A DNA stretch of 61,681 nucleotides, from positions 1-61,681 of the forward strand of contig DATLYJ010000089.1 of assembly GCA_035574915.1 (NCBI GenBank), given 5' to 3'. The position numbers and the translations under genes were made by a program. Below, in pieces: positions 8,550 to 17,976 of this stretch (the first letter of the stretch is position 1; each line of letters starts with the position of its first letter). Origin of the DNA: Dehalococcoidia bacterium. Lineage in GTDB: Bacteria; Chloroflexota; Dehalococcoidia; DSTF01; WHTK01. The notes under the pieces were generated by a model. It ran no database searches and was not told the origin of the DNA. It worked only from the letters and a program-made list of their open reading frames with translations.

Positions 8550-9566
8550 TTAGCGGACCTGGCCGCCGCGGGCGCGGGTCCCGGGGACGGGGACGCGCTC
8601 GAGGCTGCTCAGGATGATGTCGGATGCGCTCACGCTCTTCACCCGCGCCGAAGGACTGATGATCACGCGGTGGCCGAGCGTGGCGTAGGCAAGCTCCTTT
8701 ACGTCGTCCGGTATTACGAAGTCGCGCCCGTCCAGGAGCGCCCGCGCTTGGGCCGTGCGGTAGAGGGCCAACGAGCCTCGGGGCGAAGCGCCGAGGTAGA
8801 CATTTTCGTGCTGCCTGGTGCTGTCCACCAGGGCGACGATGTATTGCTTGATCAGCGGGTCGACGTAGACCTCCTTGACGGCGCGCTGGAGGCCGACGAT
8901 CTCGTTCGGGTCCGTGACCTGCTGCAGCTGCTCCAGCGGGTGCACCACCTGCTGGCTGTCCATCATCAGCACCTCGTCTGTGTTCGATGGATAACCCAGG
9001 TGAATGCGCATGAGGAAGCGGTCGAGCTGGGCCTCTGGCAGAGGGAAGGTGCCCTCGTACTCGATCGGGTTCTGAGTGGCCATGACCATGAAGGGCTGCG
9101 GCAGCATTCGAGTGACGCCATCGACAGTGATCTGGCGCTCCTCCATTGCCTCCAGCAGCGCTGACTGTGTTTTAGGGGTCGCGCGGTTGATCTCGTCGGT
9201 GAGGACTATCTGGGCCATGATCGGCCCCGGCCGGAACTCGAAGTCGCCCGACTTCTGGCTGTAGACGGATACACCCGTGACGTCGCTGGGCAGGATGTCT
9301 GGCGTGAACTGGATCCGCTTGAAGCTGCAGCCCGTGGACTTCGCCAGACTGCGGGCCAGGGTTGTCTTGCCGACGCCGGGCACGTCCTCGATGAGGAGGT
9401 GGCCCTGGCACATTAGACAAATAACGGCAAGGCGCACTTCTGAGCTCTTGCCGATGATGGCCTTCTCGACGTTGGTGATGATGCGCTCAGCGACTAGTTT
9501 TGGGTCTTCCACGCCCCACTCCCGCCTTCTGGAGTATTGAAATCCCCCGGTCTGCCGGCTTTGCAC
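8550..9566 (-). CDS. MoxR-like AAA+ ATPase
   Basis: [21 protein letters not shown] (Walker A), [36 protein letters not shown]. An alternative GTG start at 9512 (VEDPKLV...) lies after GGGAG. Confidence 0.9.
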   Translation of the reverse strand: MQSRQTGGFQYSRRREWGVEDPKLVAERIITNVEKAIIGKSSEVRLAVICLMCQGHLLIEDVPGVGKTTLARSLAKSTGCSFKRIQFTPDILPSDVTGVSVYSQKSGDFEFRPGPIMAQIVLTDEINRATPKTQSALLEAMEERQITVDGVTRMLPQPFMVMATQNPIEYEGTFPLPEAQLDRFLMRIHLGYPSNTDEVLMMDSQQVVHPLEQLQQVTDPNEIVGLQRAVKEVYVDPLIKQYIVALVDSTRQHENVYLGASPRGSLALYRTAQARALLDGRDFVIPDDVKELAYATLGHRVIISPSARVKSVSASDIILSSLERVPVPGTRARGGQVR

Positions 9567-9706
9567 TCGAAGTCTTCCGGGCGCGGGCCGGGGAAGACCA
9601 CTCGGCTGCTATACGGCCGCGCCGCCGGAAAGTCCGGACGACGCACCTTCAATATACATAAATGCCGGCAAAGTCGGTTTCACGGCTTCCGGCATTCGTG
9701 TCGGCG

Positions 9707-9715
9707 ATTATAGCA
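9707..9715 (-). promoter_or_regulatory. Extended -10 promoter element TGcTATAAT upstream of the MoxR operon
   Basis: The minus strand reads TGCTATAAT inside the only AT-rich patch of the 432-nt spacer, about 140 nt upstream of the MoxR start. Confidence 0.4.
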
Positions 9716-9998
9716 AGCTTCTATTTCCTCATCTATGCGTGGCACCTGCTGGCTCGCTATCGTCCTGGCCGGGCCTGTTTCGAAGGACAGGGATGGAGCT
9801 TCTTGGTGGCGAGAAGCCTCGCCTCACGACGGCATGAGGCCCCTGACTGCGACGATCGCTCCTGAAGCATGAGCGGAAGGCCGTAAAGGCCCAGAGCATG
9901 ACCACTACGGCGCCAGCTGCAGCACGCGCGCAGGAGGCGCTGGCGGCCGTTCTTCCCGCGAGAGAGGGGAGTTCTCTCTGCCTATACGACAGGAGGCA

Positions 9999-10217
9999 TC
10001 AAGCCGCGCCCTTGCGGCCCGGTTGCTCTCGTGCTACCGCCCGCAGCTTCTCGAGGTCTTCCCTGCGGATCGATATCTGTTTGCGCATGGTGGCGCGCAG
10101 GAGGTCGCCGAAGCCGTACTGACGCAGCGCGCGGCGCATCTGCCCTGCCGTCAGCCCCAGAGAGCGGGCAGCCTCCTCGATGGTCACGTAGTCGTCCTGC
10201 TTCTCCATCGCCCTCAC
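9999..10217 (-). CDS. Small helix-turn-helix DNA-binding protein (excisionase/MerR-like HTH)
   Basis: YVTIEEAARSLGLTAGQMRRALRQ looks like an HTH_17-type motif; 72 aa. The start is ambiguous (GTG 10217 or ATG 10208). Confidence 0.5.
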   Translation of the reverse strand: MRAMEKQDDYVTIEEAARSLGLTAGQMRRALRQYGFGDLLRATMRKQISIRREDLEKLRAVAREQPGRKGAA

Positions 10218-10256
10218 GATGGCGGGCCGTGATCGTCGCCCCGCGACCGAGGGCTG

Positions 10257-11162
10257 TCAAGGTGCGCCGGGGTCTGGGACGCGCCCGAGGGACGCAGCTG
10301 CCCCCCGGGCGAAACCAACGGCGTAAGCGGCGCCGAGGGCAACCAATGTTAGGGACGGCGAGCGCATCGCGCGCTTCAGCCGGTAGCGAAGCGGCGGCCG
10401 GAGCTCCCCGGACACCCCTGACCCGCCGGAAGTGCGAGTGACGAGGGCGTCTGAAATTCCCTGAGCATACACGCGGCGCAGGAACCAGCGCCGGGTCATG
10501 CGCTCTGCCGGGACCCGATGGCCGACCACCGCGGCGGGCTCATAGAGGACATGGCCGCCGGCGCGGAGCAGTCGTACCTGAAAGTCGATCTCCTCGGCGC
10601 TGAGCAGCCGCCCGCCGGAGCGCCCGAGGATCGCGCGAAACCCACCCAACTCCAGTGCTACGTCTCGACCGACGGCGAAGTTGCAGCCGAAGAGCGGTTC
10701 CTCCGGCAGCGAGCATTCCTTCGGCAAGGCGCCGTAGTCGAGCAGGCTAAGAAAAGTCAGGAGGTGGCCACGGAGCCAGCGCGGCCGCTCCGCCTCCCAG
10801 AGACCGCGCACGGGACCTCCGACTGCCATGGGCTGGGGGCCTGTAGCAAAAGAAGCCAGTAGCGCTTCGAGCCAGGCTGGTTCCGCGACGGCGTCGTCGT
10901 CCATGAAGGCAACGAGGCGACCGCGAGCTTCTCTCAGGCCCCGGTTGCGGGCGTTCGAGAGGCCGAGATTGGGCTCGCGCACGTAACGCAGGTTGCTCGC
11001 GCTCAGCTCGTGGACCGCCGCCTCGGTTGCGGGGTCGCTCGCGTTATCGACGACCAGGACCTCGAAGAGCGAAGGCGTCAGTGTCTGCGCGACGGCGCTC
11101 CGGAGCGCATCGGCGAGGGGCTCTGGTCTACGAAAGGTGCAGATGACGCAGGTGACGTCCAA
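10257..11162 (-). CDS. Glycosyltransferase family 2
   Basis: N-terminus VTCVICTFRRPEPL...VLVVDNASDPAT...FMDDDAV (DxD) is typical of GT2. TTG start. Confidence 0.85.
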   Translation of the reverse strand: MDVTCVICTFRRPEPLADALRSAVAQTLTPSLFEVLVVDNASDPATEAAVHELSASNLRYVREPNLGLSNARNRGLREARGRLVAFMDDDAVAEPAWLEALLASFATGPQPMAVGGPVRGLWEAERPRWLRGHLLTFLSLLDYGALPKECSLPEEPLFGCNFAVGRDVALELGGFRAILGRSGGRLLSAEEIDFQVRLLRAGGHVLYEPAAVVGHRVPAERMTRRWFLRRVYAQGISDALVTRTSGGSGVSGELRPPLRYRLKRAMRSPSLTLVALGAAYAVGFARGAAASLGRVPDPGAP

Positions 11163-11244
11163 CCCTTACGACTCTAGCCACCCGCCACTGCGGCAAACAA
11201 GCAGGACCAGGCGGCCTCATAGCGATGGCCGTAATGTCCCGCAC

Positions 11245-12216
11245 TCAGGCTGACCGGTGGCCTCCGAGGACGGCACCGATGAAGCCTCTGTGCCCGCGCG
11301 CGAACTCGGCGCCGCTGGTGGCGCGCTTGCCCGCGCGTTGGACGCTGAGCAGCGCCAATCGGCCCTCGCCGGTCTGCACTACGGGGGCGACGCCTGACGC
11401 TCCGGACTCGGCGGGCACGGCCACTGGCGGCAGGACCGTCCCCGGCGGCTGGTCGTCGCCGCCTTCCAGTGGCCAGGCTTCGAGGATTCGTAGCTCCTCA
11501 TCGCCCAGGCGCGTGAAGGCGACCGGCCAGGGGTTGTAAGCCCGGACGGCGCGCCAGATCTCAACCGCGGGCCGGGACCAGTCGATAAGCGCGTCGCCCC
11601 GTCGCACCATCGGGGCGTAGGTCGCCTGGCTGTCGTCCTGCGGACGCGCGCGGAGCAATCCCTGTGCCCAGGGATCGAGTGTATCGAGGAGGAGAGCGGC
11701 GCCTTTTTCCGCCAGGCGCGCTTCCAGGGTGCCGGCCGTGTCGTGAGGTGAAATCGGCTCCTCTGCCGTCGCGACAACCGGCCCCGCGTCCAGAGCGCGC
11801 ACCATCTCCATGATGGAGACGCCGGTGATCTCGTCGCCCGCCAGGATGGCCGCGACGACAGGGGAGGCGCCGCGGTGGCGTGGCAGGAGCGATGCGTGCA
11901 CGTTCAGGCAGCCGCGCCGCGGCAGTTCCAGCACCCGCTCCCGGAGTATCTGGCCGTAGGCTGCCACGATGATCGCATCCGGCTCCAGCGCCCGCAGGCG
12001 CTCCACGGAGAGCGGCGAGCTGACGTTGGCAGGCTGCAGTACTGGCACGCCCCGCTCTTGAGCCAGCACCTTGACCGGCGGCGCCGTGGCCCGGTGTCCC
12101 CTGCCCGCCGGCCTGTCAGGCTGGGTTACCACGGCAACGACCTCGTGCTGCGACTCGAGGAGCCGCCGCAGTGTCGGCAACGCGAACTCGGGCGACCCCA
12201 TGAAGACCACGCGCAT
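11245..12216 (-). CDS. fmt: Methionyl-tRNA formyltransferase
   Basis: MRVVFMGSPEFALPTL...VVTQPDRPAGRG...NVHASLLPRHRGASP is canonical Fmt. Confidence 0.92.
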   Translation of the reverse strand: MRVVFMGSPEFALPTLRRLLESQHEVVAVVTQPDRPAGRGHRATAPPVKVLAQERGVPVLQPANVSSPLSVERLRALEPDAIIVAAYGQILRERVLELPRRGCLNVHASLLPRHRGASPVVAAILAGDEITGVSIMEMVRALDAGPVVATAEEPISPHDTAGTLEARLAEKGAALLLDTLDPWAQGLLRARPQDDSQATYAPMVRRGDALIDWSRPAVEIWRAVRAYNPWPVAFTRLGDEELRILEAWPLEGGDDQPPGTVLPPVAVPAESGASGVAPVVQTGEGRLALLSVQRAGKRATSGAEFARGHRGFIGAVLGGHRSA

Positions 12217-12276
12217 GTCGGCGCGATCTTAACAGCGGGCGGTCCGGTCCCTGCAGGTGGCGCCTTCTGGCTTCGT

Positions 12277-13098
12277 TTACTGCTTGACCAGCACCGGCGT
12301 GCCGGGGCCCGCCGCAAGCGCAGCCGCGGCGTTGCCGTTCGGCAGTGCGACCTCCAGGTAGCCCGAGCTGCCGACGAGCGCGGTAAGGCCGGGCGCCTCC
12401 GAGTAGGTCCGGGCCACCTCCAGTTCCTCCGCGGCAACGAGCACACGAGCGCCGGGTCGCAGGTCGCCGCCTCGGATGTCCGTGATCAGGTTTCCGAACC
12501 TGTCGCAACGCATCACCATCCCGTCGAGGCCTTCGGGCACAGGCGGCCCGCGGAACGCCGGCAGGGCCAGCAACTCGGTCACGCGGCGTCCCAGCTCGGC
12601 GGCTTTCGTGCCGCCCGCAAGCAGCCCGGCCACGGGCGCGAAGACGTCGCGTCCTTCGAAGGTCGCGCTCGGCCGCCGAGGCAGGAGGTCCTCGCGCGCA
12701 AACGCGAAGGCCCGCACGCTTCGTGGCAACCTGAGCGGCCTCGCCTCATAGCCGGCCTCGGGTGGCCGCAGACCGCGTGCCGTGTCTGGCAGAGCGGCCG
12801 ACAGGCAGCCGTTGTCTGGGCCCACGAAAAAGTGGCCTTCTGCCTCAATGATGAGTCGCCGGCGGCCGGAGCCTACCCCGGGGTCGACGACGACTACGTG
12901 GATCGTGCCGGGCGGGAAAAAGCGCCAGGCGGTCTCGAGCACGAAGGCGGCCTCGCTGATCCCCTGCGGCGCGATCTCGTGCGTGAGGTCGACGATGCGC
13001 GCTTCCGGGGAAACAGCGAGGAGCGCGCCCTTCATCTGGCCGGCATAGGAGTCCTGCAGGCCGAAGTCAGTCGTGAGGGTGACCAGGGGCGCGCTCAT
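12277..13098 (-). CDS. SAM hydrolase / SAM hydroxide adenosyltransferase family (DUF62)
   Basis: MSAPLVTLTTDFGLQDSYAGQMKGALL...IHVVVVDPGVGSGRR. ATG 13098 overlaps the upstream stop (ATGA). The 415-aa ORF-track extension is Arg-rich shadow sequence. Confidence 0.85.
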   Translation of the reverse strand: MSAPLVTLTTDFGLQDSYAGQMKGALLAVSPEARIVDLTHEIAPQGISEAAFVLETAWRFFPPGTIHVVVVDPGVGSGRRRLIIEAEGHFFVGPDNGCLSAALPDTARGLRPPEAGYEARPLRLPRSVRAFAFAREDLLPRRPSATFEGRDVFAPVAGLLAGGTKAAELGRRVTELLALPAFRGPPVPEGLDGMVMRCDRFGNLITDIRGGDLRPGARVLVAAEELEVARTYSEAPGLTALVGSSGYLEVALPNGNAAAALAAGPGTPVLVKQ

Positions 13099-14729
13099 CG
13101 CGTCTTCAGGTACCAGTCCTGCACCTGCCAGAAGCGCGCGCCGGGATTGTCCAGATATCCGGGCCGCGCGCCTTTCACGGCGGTCTTCTGCACGTACAGA
13201 GCGGTAGACGAGAGCAAGGGGATCGCCGGTACTTCCTGCGCGAAGAGTTCCTGAAACTCCCGGTAGAGTTGCGCGCGTCTTTCGGGGCTGGACTCGCGGC
13301 GCGCGTCCTCCAGCAGCCTGTCGAAGCGGGCATCGGACAGCATGCTGATGTTGCGGCCGCTCGAGGTCGTCTGGCTGCTGTGCCAGGCCGCGTACGGGTC
13401 GGGGTCGGCTTCGGCCTGGTAGGCGAAGAGCGCGGCCTCGTACGCTCGCGGCTCCAGCAGGTCGCGCACCAGCGCCGTCGTCCCCCCGGCTTCCACCTTC
13501 ACGTCGACACCGATGGCTTTCCACTTCTCCGCGAGCGCCTGGGCAATGGCGACGCGCACCGGGTCGTTATTAGTTGCCAGCGTGAATGAGAGACGCCTGG
13601 CGCCGCTGATCCTGATCCCGCCGGAGAGCCGCCACCCGGCCTCGTTCAGGAGCAAATCGGCAAGGCTGGCGTCGGACCCGTAGCGGCTCATGGAGTTGGT
13701 CGCCGCCCAGGTGCCGTTCGCAAGAGGTGAATCGGCGCGCTGCGCCTGCTCGGGCAGGTACTCGGCCACAAGGGCGTCCCGTTCGACCGCGTACAGGAGC
13801 GCCTGTCGCACACGCCGGTCCTGGAAGAGGGGGTTGCGCAGGTTGAAGTAAACGAAGGTCACCTCGCCGGAGCCGAGGAAGGACAGACGCAGGTCCTTCC
13901 TGCCGGCGAGATAGGCGTAATCACCGGCGCCCACGCCGCCGTGAAAGAACGCGCCATCGATTTCCCTCCGGCGCAGAGCGCCCATGAGCGCGCCATCGTC
14001 GCGGAAGAAGCGCAGCTCCAGCCGCTGGAGGTAGGGTTGGCCGAAGTGGTAGGCGGCGTTGGCCACGAGCACCGCCCTGTCCGGCGACAGTTGCTCGATG
14101 CGGTACGGCCCCGTCCCGATGGGACGCTGGTTGAACGGTGAGTCGTACAGGCTCGCGGCTTGAGCCTCCAACAGGTGCCTGGGGAGTATGCCCGTGCTCA
14201 GGTAGGCCGGAAGCGGCGCGTATGGCTGCGGCAGATCGATTCGCACCGTGAGTGCGTCCACCTTCGTGACGGAAGCCTCCGCCAGCACCCGGGCGAGGGG
14301 CGGCGGAGACGGCAACGACGGCGACTTCAGAAGCCCGTAGGTGAAGACGACGTCGTCCGCGTCGAAGGCGTCGCCGTCATGCCACACGACTCCCTGGCGG
14401 AGGCGGAAGGTGTAAGAGCGGCCGTCCGCGCTGGGTTCCCAACTCTGGGCCAGGTCCGGGAAAGGGCGGCCTTCGCTATCGAGCCGCGTGAGGCCGGAAA
14501 AGACCAGAGCGGCGAGCGATTGGTCGGCATCGTTCTGGCCAGCGAAGAGCGGGTTGATCCGCGCCGGCGCGCCGGTGACGCCCTCGATGTACTGGCCGCC
14601 AAACGCCGGCTGGTTACCGTCGGAGCCGCCGCCGGCGTAGCTCCAGAGCGCGGTTGTCGCACCGATGCCGGCAGCGAGAAGGATGAGGAAGAGCCAGCGC
14701 TTCGCCCGTGGAGGGCGTCTGCCGCGCAT
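13095..14729 (-). CDS. ABC transporter substrate-binding protein, family 5 (peptide/nickel type)
   Basis: Signal-anchor N-terminus and family-5 SBP blocks (WHDGDAFDADDVVFTY, AEKWKAIGVDVKVE). No permease or ATPase genes are adjacent. Confidence 0.85.
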   Translation of the reverse strand: MRGRRPPRAKRWLFLILLAAGIGATTALWSYAGGGSDGNQPAFGGQYIEGVTGAPARINPLFAGQNDADQSLAALVFSGLTRLDSEGRPFPDLAQSWEPSADGRSYTFRLRQGVVWHDGDAFDADDVVFTYGLLKSPSLPSPPPLARVLAEASVTKVDALTVRIDLPQPYAPLPAYLSTGILPRHLLEAQAASLYDSPFNQRPIGTGPYRIEQLSPDRAVLVANAAYHFGQPYLQRLELRFFRDDGALMGALRRREIDGAFFHGGVGAGDYAYLAGRKDLRLSFLGSGEVTFVYFNLRNPLFQDRRVRQALLYAVERDALVAEYLPEQAQRADSPLANGTWAATNSMSRYGSDASLADLLLNEAGWRLSGGIRISGARRLSFTLATNNDPVRVAIAQALAEKWKAIGVDVKVEAGGTTALVRDLLEPRAYEAALFAYQAEADPDPYAAWHSSQTTSSGRNISMLSDARFDRLLEDARRESSPERRAQLYREFQELFAQEVPAIPLLSSTALYVQKTAVKGARPGYLDNPGARFWQVQDWYLKTR

Positions 14730-14755
14730 ATGGTCTCCCCAGGCGCGGCGCCTCG

Positions 14756-14980
14756 TTAGGTCTCGGCGACGCTCAGCGCGGACATCGCGAGGAACAACGC
14801 CGTCAGGACGATAGTCGCCTGGAAGAGCGTCTTCTCCAGGCCGCGGCGCGTCCGGAAAGCTGAAGTCGTCCCGCCGAGGCCGGCGCCAAAGCCGGAGCCC
14901 TTAGCCTGGAGGAGGATCACGAAGATCAGGACAAGCGATACCAGGATCTGGCCAACGTTCAGGGCATTTTCGAAAGACAT
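14756..14980 (-). CDS. secG: Preprotein translocase subunit SecG
   Basis: MSFENALNVGQILVSLVLIFVILLQAKGSGFGAGLGG is the SecG signature. The internal ATG at 14980 was chosen over the longer ORF. Confidence 0.85.
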   Translation of the reverse strand: MSFENALNVGQILVSLVLIFVILLQAKGSGFGAGLGGTTSAFRTRRGLEKTLFQATIVLTALFLAMSALSVAET

Positions 14981-14990
14981 CGCTGAAATT

Positions 14991-16343
14991 CTAGCTCGAG
15001 GGGCCAGTGGCGGCCAACTCCTCGGCCTCCTCGCGGTGGCCGTTGGACGCACCGTTGCTCACCGCTGGCAGGCCGCGCCCCATGTAGAGGCGCATCAGCG
15101 CCGCGGCCAGCTTGTCAGAATCGTGGTGGTAGCGGTTCTTTTCCGAGACGACGTCGGCCGTGATCACCCTCGCGCCGTCCACGACGAGCTTGTCGACGGG
15201 CACCGGGATCGAGTGCCACGCCTCCGGCAGAGGCCCGCGCACGTTGTCGTTCGCGAGGATGTAGTCGAACAGGCCCTCGCCTACGTGGCGGCAGAGGGTG
15301 TCGAAGTGGTCGCTTACCGAGAAGTCGTCCGTCTCGCCGTGCTGCGTGGCGACATTGCAGACGTAAACCTTCATTGCCTGCGTGATTGCCAGCGCCTGCC
15401 GGATGCCGTCGACGAGGAGGTTCGGCAAGACGCTGGTCAAGAGGCTGCCGGGGCCGCAGACCACCATGTCCGCTTCGAGGATCGCCCTGATCGCTTCCGG
15501 GTTCGCCTGCACGTTGGCGGGCTGCAGGAAGACCTCGCGTATTCGCGTGCCGCGCTCGGTGATGTTGTGCTCGCCGCTGATCGTCTCGTGGTCCTCGGTC
15601 CGGGCGTGCAAGGTGACGTTCGTTAGGGTCGAGGGCAGTATCTGGCCACGCACGGCGAGGACGCGGCTGGTCTCGCGCACGGCCTCCTCGAAGTTGCCGG
15701 TGATCGCGGACATGGCGACGACGAACAGGTTGCCGAAACTGTGTCCCTCCAGGCCGGAGCCCTCATTGAAGCGGTACTGGAACAGCTTCGTCATCAGGGG
15801 CTCCGCCTCCGCAAGCGCGGCTATGCAGTTGCGCACGTCACCGGGGGGCAGGATGCCGAGCTCGCGGCGGAGCCGGCCGGAAGAACCGCCATCATCGCCC
15901 ATGGTGACGATGGCGGTGAGATTGGAGGTGTGCTCCTTGAGCCCCCTCAGCAGGACCGGGAGTCCGGTACCGCCGCCTATGGCAACGATCTTCGGACCTC
16001 GGGACTGGTAGCGATAGCGGTAGATGGCCTCGACGATACTGTCGTCCCGGCGCGGGTTGACGAAGGCGGCAAGGAGCGAGGTGTTCAGCTTCCAGACGCC
16101 GATGACGATCAGCGCAGCGGCAGCGCTGATGAAAAGCGCCGCGCGCACGAAGCGGGGCAGGAACTGCAGGGTGACGTAGTAGACCCACTCCGGGAAGGTG
16201 TAGTTGAGGTAGACCTCTCGCAGGATGTAGCCGAAACCAAGGCCCATGAGCGACACGCCGATGAGCACCAGCAGGAGCCATCGCTTGATGTGCATGCCGA
16301 AGTAGAACCACTTGATGAAGCTGCCGTTGCGTATCGAGCGCAT
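14991..16343 (-). CDS. yvcK: YvcK/CofD-like gluconeogenesis factor family protein with an N-terminal TM extension
   Basis: IVAIGGGTGLPVLLRGLK...MGDDGGSSGRLRRELGILPPGDVRNC is the UPF0052/YvcK signature. Preceded by two or three TM segments. Confidence 0.85.
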   Translation of the reverse strand: MRSIRNGSFIKWFYFGMHIKRWLLLVLIGVSLMGLGFGYILREVYLNYTFPEWVYYVTLQFLPRFVRAALFISAAAALIVIGVWKLNTSLLAAFVNPRRDDSIVEAIYRYRYQSRGPKIVAIGGGTGLPVLLRGLKEHTSNLTAIVTMGDDGGSSGRLRRELGILPPGDVRNCIAALAEAEPLMTKLFQYRFNEGSGLEGHSFGNLFVVAMSAITGNFEEAVRETSRVLAVRGQILPSTLTNVTLHARTEDHETISGEHNITERGTRIREVFLQPANVQANPEAIRAILEADMVVCGPGSLLTSVLPNLLVDGIRQALAITQAMKVYVCNVATQHGETDDFSVSDHFDTLCRHVGEGLFDYILANDNVRGPLPEAWHSIPVPVDKLVVDGARVITADVVSEKNRYHHDSDKLAAALMRLYMGRGLPAVSNGASNGHREEAEELAATGPSS

Positions 16344-16353
16344 GGTCTGGCGA

Positions 16354-16359
16354 ATTATA
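16354..16359 (-). promoter_or_regulatory. Perfect TATAAT -10 box 10 nt upstream of the yvcK-like ATG (possible leaderless transcript)
   Basis: The minus strand reads cccgTATAATtcgccagaccATG. There is no SD at functional spacing. Confidence 0.35.
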
Positions 16360-16404
16360 CGGGCTCCTTTCCCGTCGGACCGACCTCGGCCGGATATCTT
16401 GTCC

Positions 16405-17883
16405 CTATCCCTTGAGTTCGGCCTCCAGGAGCTCCTGCACGCGCCTGGCGTTGGCGCGCCCGCGCGTTTCCCTCATCACGGGGCCGACGAGCGCGTTAAT
16501 CGCGCCCGGCTTCCCCGCCTTGTAGTCCCCTACCACCTTGGCGTTCTCCGCGATAACCTTGCGCACTGCCTCCAGGATTGCGCCTTCATCTTCCATTACA
16601 CTCAGGCCGCGCTCCCGCACAATCTCCTCGGGGTCGCGGCCCCCGGCGAACATCTCTTCCAGCACGTGCTTCGCCGCGGCGCCGTTCAGCTTACCTTCGT
16701 CCACCATTACCACCAAGGAGGCGAGCTGTTCCGGCCGCACCTTCGACTCCGAGGCCTCGATGCCGGCGGCATTCAGGTGCCTGGCGAAGTCGGACAGGAA
16801 CCAGTTGCTGACCAGCTTCGCCCGCTTCCCGCCCCCCGCCGCCTTTACGGCGGCCTCATAGAAGTCGGCCCGGGAGCGGCTTTCGGTCAGCAGTTCAGCC
16901 TCGTACGGCGAAAGCCCGTACTCGGACAGGAAACGCTCGCGCCGGCTCTCGGGCAGCTCCGGAAGCCTGCGGCGTAATTCTTCGACGTACTCGCGCGTGA
17001 TCGCCAGGGGTGGCAGGTCCGGCTCCGGGAAGTAGCGGTAGTCGTGCGCCTCTTCCTTGGAGCGCTGGCTCGCCGTCTCCTGAGTGTCCTCCCGCCAGCC
17101 GCGAGTCTCCTGGACCACGCGACCGCCGGAGCGCAGGACTGCGGCTTGCCGCTGGACCTCGAACTCCATGGCGCGCAGGGCGGCGCGGAAGCTGTTCAGG
17201 TTCTTCAGTTCCACCTTCTGGCCGAAGGCATTGCTGCCCCGCGGGCGCAGGCTCAGGTTAGGCTCACAGCGGAAGTTGCCTTCCTCCATGTTGGCGTCGC
17301 TCACGCCCAGGTAGCGCAGGATCTGGCGCAGCTTCTGCAGGTAGGCCACGGCCTCTGCCGGCGACCTGGCGTCCGGCTCCGTCACGATCTCCATGAGGGG
17401 CATGCCGGCGCGGTTGATGTCCACCAGGGAGTATTCCTCGCCGCTGCTGTCGGCGCGGTGTAGCAGCCGCGCGGTGTCCTCCTCGAGGTGCACGCGGTTC
17501 ACCCGGATGCGGCGCTTCACGCCGTCGACCTCGATGTCGACCCAGCCGTTGCGGCAGAGAGGCATGTCGTACTGGGAGATCTGGTACCCCTTCATCAGGT
17601 CCGGGTACGGGTAGTTCTTGCGGTCGAACTTGGCGCGCTCCGGTATCTGGCAGTTCAGCGCCAGGCCCGTCATGAGCGTGTATTCGACAGCGCGCTTATT
17701 GATTACCGGGAGCACGCCCGGCATACCCATGCACACCGGACAGACGTGGGTGTTGGGCGCAGCGCCGCTGTAGTCGGTGCTACACCGGCAGAACATCTTC
17801 GATGCTGTCGTTAGTTGGGCGTGGACTTCGAGGCCGATGACGACTTCGAAGTCCTCATCTGTTGTCGCTGCGGCGGGTGCCAT
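16405..17883 (-). CDS. gatB: Asp-tRNA(Asn)/Glu-tRNA(Gln) amidotransferase subunit B
   Basis: [13 protein letters not shown]...[13 protein letters not shown] is canonical GatB. ATG 17883 (the ORF-track TTG at 17886 is one codon upstream). Confidence 0.95.
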   Translation of the reverse strand: MAPAAATTDEDFEVVIGLEVHAQLTTASKMFCRCSTDYSGAAPNTHVCPVCMGMPGVLPVINKRAVEYTLMTGLALNCQIPERAKFDRKNYPYPDLMKGYQISQYDMPLCRNGWVDIEVDGVKRRIRVNRVHLEEDTARLLHRADSSGEEYSLVDINRAGMPLMEIVTEPDARSPAEAVAYLQKLRQILRYLGVSDANMEEGNFRCEPNLSLRPRGSNAFGQKVELKNLNSFRAALRAMEFEVQRQAAVLRSGGRVVQETRGWREDTQETASQRSKEEAHDYRYFPEPDLPPLAITREYVEELRRRLPELPESRRERFLSEYGLSPYEAELLTESRSRADFYEAAVKAAGGGKRAKLVSNWFLSDFARHLNAAGIEASESKVRPEQLASLVVMVDEGKLNGAAAKHVLEEMFAGGRDPEEIVRERGLSVMEDEGAILEAVRKVIAENAKVVGDYKAGKPGAINALVGPVMRETRGRANARRVQELLEAELKG

Positions 17884-17896
17884 CAAAAGCAGTGGC

Positions 17897-17905
17897 AGTA
17901 TAGCA
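17897..17905 (-). promoter_or_regulatory. Extended -10 element TGcTATACT 13 nt upstream of the gatB ATG
   Basis: The minus strand reads gggTGCTATACTgccactgcttttgATG; no SD. Confidence 0.4.
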
Positions 17906-17976
17906 CCCGCTTCGTGTATGCCTGAGCGCCAGAGCGGCCGTGCAGCGTTACAGTCGGGTTCCGCTCCGAGGTTTGC

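Noticed and set aside
9662-9865. 67-codon plus-strand ORF in the MoxR upstream spacer.
   Set aside because: Its GC3 is clearly lower than in neighbouring genes, it has no SD, and it overlaps the predicted minus-strand promoter and leader. It is most likely non-coding.
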